NCBI GenBank assembly: GCA_035084275.1
Contig: CM068742.1
Coordinates: 39,556,001-39,620,000 of the forward strand
Direction of reading: 5' to 3'
Length of the DNA: 64,000 bases
DNA from: Hydrolagus colliei
Taxonomy: Eukaryota
Below the pieces are notes generated by a model. That model did not search any database and was not told the origin of the DNA. It worked only from the letters and a program-made list of their open reading frames with translations. Every line of letters starts with the position of its first letter. Position 1 is the first letter of the stretch. Shown piece by piece: positions 1 to 11,670 of the stretch. The translations under genes and the position numbers were made by a program.

Positions 1-1374
1 ATGAAAAAAACTGAGTGTAATATGAAGACTTGTTAAAAGTATTAATTGTAGAAAGTTAAATTGCCTTAAGGTGAATTAACCTACTCCTGCTTGCTCTCGA
101 TATGTGCTTAAATAACACAAATGGAAATTAACTTGGTGATAATTTGCAGTACATTACAATATTCTTTAATCTACCCGCACTGAGTATAGTATTCACACAG
201 GTTTGTCGCCTTCCACCCTCTGATATTATATTCCTTTAAATAGGTGCCAACCGGGGGAGAATAACATTTTTGTTAGTTTGGAAACGCAGTTGAGGTGGCG
301 TGAGAAAAATCGGATCTTCTCCTTTCTCATAAAATGTTTTTCGATTTTGCAACTAGATTCCGTGCCCCCAACCTTGGGAGAAAAGAAAATCCATGAGCTG
401 ATGGGTAACACGCAAGCTTCCCATTAGCTTCATTGACATGGTTCCCAGCTGTGTTTGGAAGCCTGGAGAGACTTGGGCACCCTGTACAATGGGCTACAGG
501 AAGCAGTTTCTTTTAACCTTAACAAAGATGCTCTCGGAACAATTTGAACAAATCACTGCATTTGTCACTTGGGCCACCTTTATGTCCAGCGTCTTATTTA
601 AAAAAGCTTTTGGATCATTTCCCATTTGTGCCTGAGCCTCGAAATGTGGGGAAAAGGAGGGCAGGGGTATATTCTGATATTTCCTGAACTCCAGCAGTGA
701 GAAGGGAGTTTTTGTCTGAATAATGCAGGAACTTTCTGCCGATTTTAAAGTAAACAGGGAGTTGTCAGTACATTAGGACTTTGAACCTGCCCTGTCGGTA
801 CATTACTTGTGCTGGTCTTGTATCGCTGGTAAAAGGAGTATGGCACGCAGGTGTTTAAATTATTTACACTCATAATCGTCCTTTATGTTACATCTCAAAG
901 CCATGGCTCTGTTATTCTTTTGCATAATTGATGGTGTTCAGTACTGGAAGAGTTAGAATAGCAGAAGTAATGTGATGCGAATGTGCACTGAAGCAGCAAG
1001 GCAGTCAGCTGGCATTGCACTGCGGTGATGTGTGGGTACAGCAATCTCTGGCTTGCGTGTATGAGCTCTGTACGTGCACAGCTAGGAACAGGCAAGGGGG
1101 GCCGTCTAAGCATAACAGGACTTGACACTTAACAACGACTGGATGGCGGTCTGATCAGAATGGATTGGTTCATGGTTACAAACTAGCTGCACTGGGGGAG
1201 GTAACATTTCCTACAGAAGCATGTTCCAGGGCATACTTAAAGCACAAAAATGACCCGAAGCAGACTGCTTGTGTTTCGTTTGGTGCTGTTGACCGATGCT
1301 GTTTTAATTGTATTATTATTATATACTTATAAAATGCAGTTGATCGAAAATCGAAAACAAATTCAAATCACGAT

Positions 1375-1438
1375 TTGCTACGTCTCTATGACATGAAAAG
1401 GCGCTATATCAAACGCACAGATTATTATCATTATTATT
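1375..1438 (+). mobile_element. SINE/L2-type 3' tail fragment
   Basis: GACATGAAAAGGCGCTATATCAAACGCACAG followed by (ATT)n; matches the tail of the full SINE at 10114-10418. Confidence 0.75.
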
Positions 1439-4400
1439 ACAATTTCAGCAAATTTGTTTCAAAAACCCCAGGTAAATAATTAGATTTCAATGTTCGATGA
1501 GACCAAATTTAAGTGTCACCGAGTTTGTTTCCGATTCAGACTGTGTTTGTAAGTGAAAGGGTACAACTGCAGATAGCAATAGAACGTGACTACAGCCTGG
1601 ATTTCCTTAAAATTTACTCCATGTGTTTACTTCATAAGAATGTTTTAAAATATTGTTGCACTGAAATGCTTTGGAATGGATGCTGATATTAAAAAAAATC
1701 AATGTTTTGATTTTCTTAGCCCTCGGGTATTTATTGATTCACAGGAAACTCTACTTTATTGTTTTTAACCTGTGCTACAGTAACAGAGCACCATAGAGAA
1801 GCTGGTACAAGCCTGTATATAACCTCATAGATTATTAGTGGCTCTTATGAATCACAAAAGATAAAAGAGCGGAGGGGTCTGCTAGAGATCACACAGACAA
1901 TCTCCTTTTAGAAATCTATAACTCTTTTCAACCATCGTAGGAATTATCTCTTCCCTTTCCCCTGCGCTGTTGATAAATTTAAGCCCTTTAATTGGCAGGA
2001 AGATGTTAAATGAAAAAGAAGAAATGGTTGCCTTTGAGAAAGCAGTATTCCAGTTTACACCCAGATTAACTGGGAGATGAGAAGAACCTTTTTTTTTTAA
2101 ATCATTGTTCTGAAAAAAAAATCTAATTTAAGGGGAATTTAATTTTAATACGGTGAACAAAGCCGAGGTGGGTAACTGTTCATTACTCCGAGGTACCTGA
2201 GCTGAGCAAAAAGGCCTAAATCCAATCGGATTCGGTAATGCCATATTGTGGTCTAAAATGCAGATGGACTTAATAACCTAGGAGTGATTCTGTATTCTTT
2301 TTCATTGGTTAATTGCATCTTTAGGGATAGTGTATGCGTTTAAACACGGTTAAGCCATGGGCTCTTCGCCCAACCCGAATTTTCTGACCTTATTATTGGC
2401 ATTAGATGGAATTTGAAACTGCTCTGGATTATTTCAGTGTAACTCTTACCTCACAGGCAAGTGTAAATGATTCACACTCACTTACCAAAGGGCTCATCCA
2501 TATGCCGCAATGGAATTTACAGTCATTACTTATGAATCACAGTGCACTACTGATGATTTACTACAATGTCAGGAAATCTAAATAGAGTCAAAGCTCTAAA
2601 AATTTGTTCTTCTTCTCAAATGTTTCTCTGGGGTGGTTTGACTGTGCTGGTCTAGCCAGGATATATAGCAACTTTATAGTCGGTCAATGTAGAAAATGAA
2701 ATGTTTATGACTTAATAGATTTTGTAATCTATTTGACCCAAATAGATTTGACTGTGATACTTTTGTTTTCAAAATACATGTTTCCTTGTGTTACTCTTGT
2801 GTTTGGTTTAGTTTAGTGTCCTTGTGTTGTTTAGGGTTCCCTTAGATAGTGGATATTGCTTTTGTTACTTTCTAAGTCATTGTATTCTGGAATTGGATAG
2901 AATTGGACACGTTCGATGCTGAACATCTGTCTTGCTGTCTGTCTTGCCTGGTAAGGACCAGTGTTCTTTGCGAGGCAACGATGTAGCCTCCAGCAGGGCT
3001 GAGGGACAAAGGCAGCCAGGTGATAACGGAACTATTTACAGAAAAAAAAATCCGCGAGAGAAATGCCCTTATTTCCACGAGAAAGGCTTTTTACGTATAC
3101 ACATTATAAATCCTGAATTCTAAATCCATTCTCTTCTGTTGGCACATTACCATCTCCATCACAATGCACCCCTGCGCCACTTAATGTCTGCGTTCAATAG
3201 GACCGTTGTGTGATGAGAGTAGCCGAGGAGGCTTGTACAGTTCGCTGACCATTTTGCTGTAAACTAAGCGGTTAACTCGCACAGCCATCCTGAGCACAAG
3301 AACTGAGCATAGCCGGTAGCTTATTTCTTCTCGTTTTCCAAATGCTCAAAGGAAAATGGAGGTGCTCGGATAACCTGATGTTCTCTTATCATTTGAGGCC
3401 TTCAAGGCTACTCCACGTGATTAAATTCACTATATTTTATGACGTAATATATTTAATAGGAACACTACATTGTTACTTATTTTCCCTTTTGAAGTGGGAT
3501 GGTGTGAAGTGGAGCAAATCGTGTGTGGATTTTATTTGGCTGCATTCTTTGTCTGCGATCAGGAACAAAAAGAACATTTGTCACACACGCTGGGCCTTCC
3601 ATTAACTTCGGAAAATGTAATTTGTAAAATCATCATTATGGATTTAACCAAATGATGATGAGGAGCAGAGCATGAGAAATATTTCATTTAGACCAATCTT
3701 ATGGTATTTAATGAAGCAGTGCAGAAATATAAATCTTTAAGGAATAAAGAATGAACTGCCCTTAATAGACCATAAAACAGCTTTCTTCTGTTTTAAAATT
3801 ACAACCAGCTAAGAAAACACAGTGAGTCCGAGCAAGGAGCACGGGCAAGTGGATGATTGGTTTCTGGAAGGATGGGCTGCTCTATGCGTTCAGCTCCTTG
3901 TTACACTTTAAAACCAGGAGTGTGGATGTTGGGGAGTCAGTCAGTAGGAGGGTAATGAAACAGATGATTAATGAATCATTACCTGCAACGCAGACAAGGA
4001 CCTGAAATATGTTTTACAATATGAGGCTTCCCTACGACAGGACATCAAACGCATCCATCTATCAGTGGAGATTAAGCCATTTTAAAATTTGTCTCAGGCA
4101 GCGCGATCGATGCTCCGGTTGCCATTTCAATCCATTGAAGCGTTCACATTTCTCGTGCTATAAATTCTTGCTGGGTGCACGCAAGTGGTGGAGAGGGACC
4201 GGTCACTGGCACTGACAGCCTACGACTCGGAGTTTGAAATGAAATCGGAACTAAAGTGTGCTTGGAGAGGAAAGAGAGGAAATCGATGTTTTTTTTTGTT
4301 GTTTCGTTCTTTTTGAATTTTAGTCAAATAAAATAATGTTTTGGCGTGGGGGAAATAACGGGAAATTGCAGTCCATTTTCTGAACGAGTGTGCTTCATTT

Positions 4401-4884
4401 GGGGAGATGAAACTGTAAAACTGAAGCAGCATTTAAATCACGATTGATAAGGCTGACGCTTCTTTTACTTGCATTTTTTATTGTTGGTTTCGATTATCCT
4501 GAAAATGAGGAAATGCCTGTACCTTTCTTGCAAAATTTACTCGAGAATTTTCAGCACCAGAATTTGATTTTTTTTTTTTTTTTAATGCCAATTTTGAGGG
4601 AGAAAAATCAAGGATGCATTTTACAAACGATAAAAGGATTCTCTGAAAGGATGCACCATTATCAGCAGGATTAATTCAGAAGTAAATCCGTAATACAGTA
4701 ATTCTATGAATGTTAATCCCGATATAGAAAAATATGGGTTTATTGCGAAAGCATCATTTTCAAATGCTGGCCGCATTGTTAAACGTTAGTAAAATCCCTC
4801 CATTCATTACATTCAAATTTATTGCAATTTACAACCGTAAAATCCACAAATATGTGCAGCTTAGGGCAGCAAACATTTCTCCTG

Positions 4885-5090
4885 TAACTAATAATAATGC
4901 TTGCATTTGATATAGTACCTTTAGATAGAAAGGAAATCTCCGAGATTTAGTGTAAAGTGTGGAGACTATGTATTTTGTAGGCGACTGCAGCAGGCAATTT
5001 ACGCACTGCAATGTCCCACAAATAACCATAAAGTGAATGACCCAATTTTTTATCTCGGGAATTGTTGGTCAGGAATGGGAGAAACTCCCT
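4885..5090 (-). mobile_element. Old SINE 3' half (DeuSINE-like tail)
   Basis: CAATTTACGCACTGCAATGTCCCACAAATAACC...GAATGACCCAATTTT...GGGAGAAACTCCCT aligns by eye to 59270-59360 and to the reverse complement of the SINE body. Confidence 0.65.
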
Positions 5091-6399
5091 ATTTTAGGAT
5101 GACTATACTCGTCCTAAAATAGAAGAATGTCATTTTAAGACAACCTTTAATTAAATTTAATCAATTTGTTTAACAAACGTTTGATTAAAATATCTCCCAG
5201 ACTCTAGCATTCAGAAACCCCAAACAGTGACACTGATTTATTAACCATAATTAATGCAAAACAAAGATTTTAAAGTGCAGTTACAGGCCTTGTTTTGAGG
5301 ATAATGGGTGGGTAGTACAGTTATCTCAAATAGATTAATTGTATGGTTAAGCTACAAATAGCTTTACTTTGAGTTCAGATAAATAAGACTTAACTGTGCA
5401 TCAGAATGCATGGCTAACATTAGTAATTAAATGTACCAATACATTATATAATTAGTCTGTACTTCCTGCTTAGTTATATTGCCTGTTTCAACTCTGGTGT
5501 ATTACATCCCATGAACCCTAAACTTAATTCATTAAAAAAACACAAAGGAATACACAGTGCAATAAATTAGAGAGTGCTATTTGTGCATGTAATCTCAGTG
5601 ACTGAAGATACTGCAAATTCAGCCTTGTGCCATTAAAGCAGTTTAACCTGAATCACCACAGAAAGATTCTGGTGTTTAACTAGAAAGAGCTAGTCAGCCT
5701 GAAGAAATTATCCAGTGTTTTATTTGCTTACCGTTTTCAGCTACAATATACACAGTTACTGCACTTTACTGTAAAATCTTGTGCAGCTCTCTGAGATATC
5801 CTCCTCACACAAGAGGAGTGGTGTTGTATCAAATGTAAGGATTGTTATGATTTATTATTTTGTTCAGGTACAATTGGAATTTGTAAGGTCACATTTAAGG
5901 ATATTTCAAGTGCTACTAGATTGGTTGGAGTGAAAATAAAAAGTAGTTGAAAGTGTGTGGTACAGTGCAGACGAGTTCAACACACCCAAACCAAACTTCC
6001 AGTTGACTTTACATTTATCTTTTATTTCTTTTTAAAATCACCTTTTGAGCCAGTGCATTGCCTCATCCAGCTGAAAGGCAGGATCAATATAATGAGGGAG
6101 GGTGTAAAATGAACTGCATAAAGATCAAAGAGTCCATTGTCACCATTTTTTAATTGTTTTATCTTTGTCTTTGATCAGTTCAGGTTATTCTGCCAAACTG
6201 ATAGGATTTCAGATGCATGGGGAGAGGCGAAGGTTGGGAGGGGAAGTCTGTTCATTTAATATTCCAGATCAGATAAATTAAACCTGGCATCTAGAAAAGC
6301 AATTTTCTTTTCCTATTTTTGTAACTTTCTAAGTTACGTGTGCGAAGGTTACATATAAAAATTGGTCTTTCACTTCTTGGCTATTTATGGAAAATTTCT

Positions 6400-6505
6400 G
6401 TGCAAATTCGCAGCCATGTGTACTTCACAGTAAAATCCTGTGAAACCATTTGAGTTGTCTTGTCGATGTGATAAAGAGCTATATCAACTGTAAGATTATT
6501 ATCAT
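6400..6505 (+). mobile_element. Decayed SINE 3' fragment
   Basis: GCAAATTCGCAGCC...ACAGTAAAATCCTGTGAAACC...GAGCTATATCAACTGTAAGATTATTAT resembles the SINE tail. Confidence 0.6.
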
Positions 6506-8199
6506 TTTGGGAGAGGAAGATAATTTGTTTCCTTCTGGAGAAAGCTTCCAGTCTATTTTGGGAAAAAATACATTTGAGAATATTGTTGGAAATCAGTGAG
6601 GAGAAGATATTCTAACTAAAAGCAGAATCAGACTGGACAAAGACAGCATGTAATAAAATCTTTGAGGAGAAATTCTACTGAGACCTAGATTTACGCTATT
6701 GTAACATTTTAGAGCCTTCAGAATTTAGCAAATTGTAGAATTCAGTATTAAATTAAATTGTTGGTTTTCTGTCATTCTTAATAGAGCTTGTAGAAATCCA
6801 ACTTCAATATTGAGGTTGTATTTAATAATTTGTCAAATTCTCAATGCCCTATAAAGTGATGCAGGTGAAATTTCTCCCCGCATAAAAATACGAACAAAGA
6901 AATATGTTCACAGAACAAAGACGGCAACTTTCCTCACACATTGTTGGTGTGACACAATTATGGCAGTCAGTTCCAAATCTAATTATGAAACAAGGTATCA
7001 ATTCTAAAGTCGTAAGACCCCCTTTTTTGTTGATCGATCCATTTAAGAAAAAGTGATCTCTGAATGTGTAAGCCCAACGATGAACAAAACTCAGGCCATT
7101 TGTTTTTTTGTGGAGCACAAAAGTTGTTGGCCTCTGATGAAATGTCATTTGCAATTTGCCACAGAGCAGGCTGATTTTTAACAGGAATTTGCTGTTGGCT
7201 GGGAACTAAAAACACTCTGAAACAATAACTGGGAATGATCTCCATAAAGGGCTTTTGTTTGTAAATTGATTTAAAACAGATTCCAGTGAAGAAGCGAAGA
7301 AGGTGTGTTATTTGGCCTTGAATCCTGACCAGGAAAAAGTCTGTCTAACCACAACTATTGTGTGTTCAATATAGAAATTCTACCTGTCTGCAGTTTAATG
7401 TGAGAACCAAGATAAGCCTTCAGAATATTTTTTAGAAAATGATCAATCAAAATGTTACTGAAGAAACAGACATCCAATTAGCTCAAATAGGTGTTTTTGT
7501 TGGTCTGTAACTAAACTTGGTATCAATGTACAATGAATTCACAAAAAAACTTGCCATCCCATTTACATATTGGCAGTGAGCCATAGTGTACGTGTCTTAT
7601 GCTGAAGTACTGGGTCCACTTGACTCACGAAAGCCAGCCTGCACTTTCGTGCAGAAATCTCCTATCTGTCATTCCTTCTCTTTCATGCTTCTGTGATTAT
7701 GGAAAATTATTTTGGACAGGAAAAAAATGTTTCTGAGGTAGCCAAGTAGAGAGATTTCCCTGACTGTGACCTCACGCACAGGAGCGCCATCAAACGCAGT
7801 CGCGGGGAACTGTTTCTGATTCCTGATCTGTGCGTGACACTTTGAGTGGCCAAATATGGCAATGGTTCCTTCAGCTATGTAAATCTTCATTGAACCTTCA
7901 TTGGCAAAACCACTCGCTTGTCCCTCTTTTCAATGAATTGTTAATCCGATATCCCGCTTGCCTGTTGGTTCAGGAGGACATGGAGGGACCTCCTCTGTTG
8001 CTAATTTCAAAGAAAAATTGGTATTTTTCTCCTGGCGTCTATTTCCTACGCCATCTAGATTCTCCCTCCCCACCCCCTGCACCCCCACCCCAACAAATCA
8101 TTTTAATCGGCTACCCATCTCATTATTTCTAGTGCAAATTAGCTTCTGCGTTTGTCTTGCAACAATATTCAGTTCAGATCTAATTAATCTCATTCTGCC

Positions 8200-8256
8200 G
8201 AGTGTTTTGAGACCTTCCTTTATGTGAAAGGCGCTATGTGAATTTAAGTTGTTGTT
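8200..8256 (+). mobile_element. L2 3' tail
   Basis: GTGAAAGGCGCTATGTGAATTTAAGTTGTTGTT, the same terminus as the L2 at 62014-62519. Confidence 0.65.
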
Positions 8257-8511
8257 TTAACCTCCAGATACTCATTATACGTTAGAATGCACTGAACCTT
8301 CATTGTAATGCTCTCTTCAGAAGCCACCCGTGAAATGTGCTGTGAAGCAAGTGTTTTGCAGTACTCGAGAGCGAACTACAGGCAATGTGGGTTATACTAG
8401 AGATTGTGCTCGATAAGCAGGTGCTTTGTAGCAAGCTTTTCTGTTAGAAATAGACATTTGAATGTCATTATGTGCTCTGAAGTTAAAAAGTCCTATTAAA
8501 AGCCAGAAATA

Positions 8512-8531
8512 CTCTCTCTCTCTCTCTCTCT
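8512..8531. repeat. (CT)n microsatellite
   Basis: About 10 CT units seen directly. Confidence 0.9.
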
Positions 8532-8717
8532 GAGCAACCAAGCAGTGTAATGATGATATTGAGCAAAAATGGATTAAACATCATTGAAGAGGAAGAGGAG
8601 CTAGAATTGTCACTCTGAATGGATTCAATGCACATGACTTGGCCCAGGGCAAAGCGGCATATTCTGTATCACTGTTGAACCCTCCTCCTTCTCCCAACCA
8701 CCACCACCCCTGTCGTT

Positions 8718-8738
8718 CCCCCCCCCCCCCCCCCCCCC
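8718..8738. repeat. poly-C tract (21 nt)
   Basis: Homopolymer seen directly; poly-G on the minus strand. Confidence 0.9.
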
Positions 8739-9167
8739 TCACTGAGGTTGCGCAAATTCAGGGAGGCAGGATAAGAACAAAGGATTTGATTCTTGAGCCC
8801 AGATTTGTTAATCACTTTTTCAAAATAATGCAAGTGTCACCTTTCTGACCTGTCACTGCAGAAGCATCAATTCAGCAGCCTGAGGGTTAAAGGATATGAG
8901 CTGCAGTGTTTCTTCCCAGCACACGCTAGCAAGGCAGATCTCCCATCAGGGCTCCACGCTAGGTTGTTTTGCTTAGAATTGTCTGGCCCAGTCATTCTGG
9001 TTCAGCTGCGTTAGTCGTGCCGGTAATGTTAATAACACGGAGGACGATCAGCAAGACAGCAAGACGGACATTTGATAAACTCCCCATAGAACTGCGACAC
9101 CCATCAGTACAGGTGTTTTAATGTGACCGCATGTGCTAGGTGCTTAAAGACAACTGTTATATAACAC

Positions 9168-9229
9168 CACCAACAACAACAGGCATTTATATAGCGCCCC
9201 TCATGCAGGGCGGCATCTCAGAGCGCTTG
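9168..9229 (-). mobile_element. L2-type 3' tail, GCGCTCT subfamily
   Basis: Reverse complement reads AAGCGCTCTGAGATGCCGCCCTGCATGAGGGGCGCTATATAAATGCCTGTTGTTGTTG; related to 33638-33695 and 59601-59660. Confidence 0.7.
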
Positions 9230-10113
9230 ACAGTGGCGGAGCCCAACATCGAACTGAGAGGATCATGCCACCAAGTGGTGGGCATCTTTAATAAAACTAC
9301 TGCTCGTCACAGACAATGCCATAGAGTTGCTGCTTATTCAAGTGATCCCTCTTTACACTACGATTATTTGATAAACAAAAAATAATCAAAACTCCTTCCG
9401 TGTCTAGTGACCTCCTTGTCTCCAGGGGTTGCCTCCTAGCTCTGTGTCTGGGTGGCAGAGGGACGGGGGAGAAGGTGAGTGCAGGAGGAAAGGGCTGTGT
9501 TCACCGGACCACAGTCTTGTGTTATTGAAAAGCAGGTTGAGTTAGAAACTTCGAATTCTCATATGGATTTTTTTTAGAGAAAAATAATGAACCGCCATCC
9601 TCATTATAAAGCCAGATGTTACACTGGCTCCCATTTATAAAGCCACTGCACCGGGCTCCCGACTCTCTCATGTTGCACTGTGTGTTGTTGTGGGACATTC
9701 ATTGCGGCACATGCCTCATTACAGTACAAAAAAATACTTGGCAACTAAGGATAATATTATAACAAGAGTGGGGGGTAACTTTAATGCTGCTTTTTATAGT
9801 GGAGTTTTGGCACTGCGCCACATCCTTTTTGGATCCCTGACATGAAGCCAGTGTGAAACGCACGCCTGGCCATTTGGGCTGTGGTTTGAGCCCGCTCAGG
9901 GGAGCACAGGTAACGATGGGATCGGTCTGTGGGTCATTTGTTATTCGTCATATCAACGAGCCGGAAACCTATAGAGCACAGGACGGTTAATGCTTTTCAG
10001 TCTTTACAATGTGAATCAGACTTACGGATCCGGGTTTAACTTAATCCTGACACCTGGGTGATCAAGGCAGGCTTCACACCGGTACGTGTTATGATTGATA
10101 TTGAACATACCGT

Positions 10114-10418
10114 GGAGTCCGGTCGCTCAGTGGTTAGAGCACTCGCCTTACAAGCGAGAAACCTGGGTTCAATTCCCGGCAGCTTGAAACCTTGGGCAAG
10201 TTTCCTTACTCGACACGCCTAATAGAAATCGCTAAAAAAAACAATAATCAATGGTCATTTCAATCCATGACTGTTTGTGGGACACTGCTATGCACAATTG
10301 GCTGCCATGTTTTGCTCACAAATATACAGTCAATTCACTTTACAGTATATTTTGTGAAGCTTTGAGACGTCTAGAAGATGGGAAAAGCGCTATATGAAAT
10401 GCAAGGATTATTATTATT
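10114..10418 (+). mobile_element. Full-length tRNA-derived SINE with L2-type tail
   Basis: Head GGAGTCCGGTCGCTCAGTGGTTAGAGCA (A box), anticodon-like arm CTCGC-CTTACAA-GCGAG, B box GGTTCAATTCC, body repeated many times in the window, 3' stem-loop and (ATT)n tail. Confidence 0.93.
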
Positions 10419-11519
10419 TAGCACATAGAATGTGATAAATATATACCTTATCTTGTGTACGTAGAGGCAAATGCATTTGCCTCAGTGACAATATCTGTAA
10501 AGCTGGATCTATAAAGCATTGGATTTCTGGCTTGCAGACTAGCATGCGACTACTGGCTAGCGGGAGATCAGCCTTTAACTAAATCAAAACTTGAGAGAGC
10601 AGCCAGTATTGCACTTACTGTCAGTCCAACAGTCTTTCAGGTAGTTGTCACTCCTTCTAGATATAGGTGGAGATATATAGAACAACCACTCAGAGAGATA
10701 ATACTTATTTTAAGCAAGTATAGAGGCGTGTACTCCTTTATGAGTAAATGAGTCTCACATGAGCCTGGGAGACCACCAGGATTTGAGAACACAAACATTA
10801 GTTTGTGTCAAAAACCCTGGAGGATAAATCTTTTTCTCCTGGATTTTTTTTTCGCACTGAAATTCCATCGTATTGTCATAACAACGACAACTGATAATGC
10901 TTTAATAACAGAGATAGGGAAAATATGCAACGCAACACATTATTATCGTGTGTCTGCTAATTGAATTCTGGGCAAATGCTGTCAAGAGCAAAAGGATGTG
11001 AAACATTAATGATACTTGCACAGAAAAAGAAAGGTACAATTCAGGAGTGAAATAGTCTTTTAACTCTAACCTGTCTTCTCTGGTTATGCAGTGTATTTAT
11101 TAATGGATGTGGTAACAAAGAAGAAATTTGTGAAATGGGTGTCATTCCTGTTAGTGACTGAATATTCTGATCCCATTGTGGAATGCTGGATTCCAGCTGG
11201 GATCCAATGGCACGGTAATAGACTAACTGGGGGCAATATGAGAGTGGTGGGGGACTCTGATACGAGTCTCCTCAGCAATGACAACCCCATGCTGCTCTCA
11301 AAGTTGTCCAGTTCTCAGGTTGAATGTCTAAAAACAATACGGACATGTGGAGTGGCATGGCACATCTCAAGTGCAAGTGCCCATTAAAGGTAATCAGTAG
11401 TCTATTTTACTTTGATTAGTGAGTCGTCCTCATTAATGTATTTTACGTCCTCGTTAATGTATTAATGTATTTGACTTTCAGTCGTCAAATGGGAAACAAA
11501 AAGGCGCCTGCCTGGTTTC

Positions 11520-11670
11520 TCACTTCATGCTGGTTTATAAGACATTGCTGTGTGGAAATTTGTTCCCATGCTCTCCTGAAAAATACAGTCACTACATTTT
11601 ACTATGAAGGGCTTTGAGATGTCCTCCTGACGTGAATGGCACTATACCAAATGTTATTATTATTTTTATT
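11520..11670 (+). mobile_element. SINE 3' fragment with L2-like loop
   Basis: GCTTTGAGATGTCCTCCTGACGTGAATGGCACTATACCAAATG followed by (TTA)n. Confidence 0.65.

Noticed and set aside
7828-7850. miR-210-like sequence (CTGTGCGTG)
   Set aside because: Only the first 9 nt match contiguously and there is no continuous pre-miRNA stem.
10114-10185. tRNA-Val(TAC) gene
   Set aside because: No proper acceptor stem, and it continues directly into a repeated SINE body and tail; it is a SINE head.
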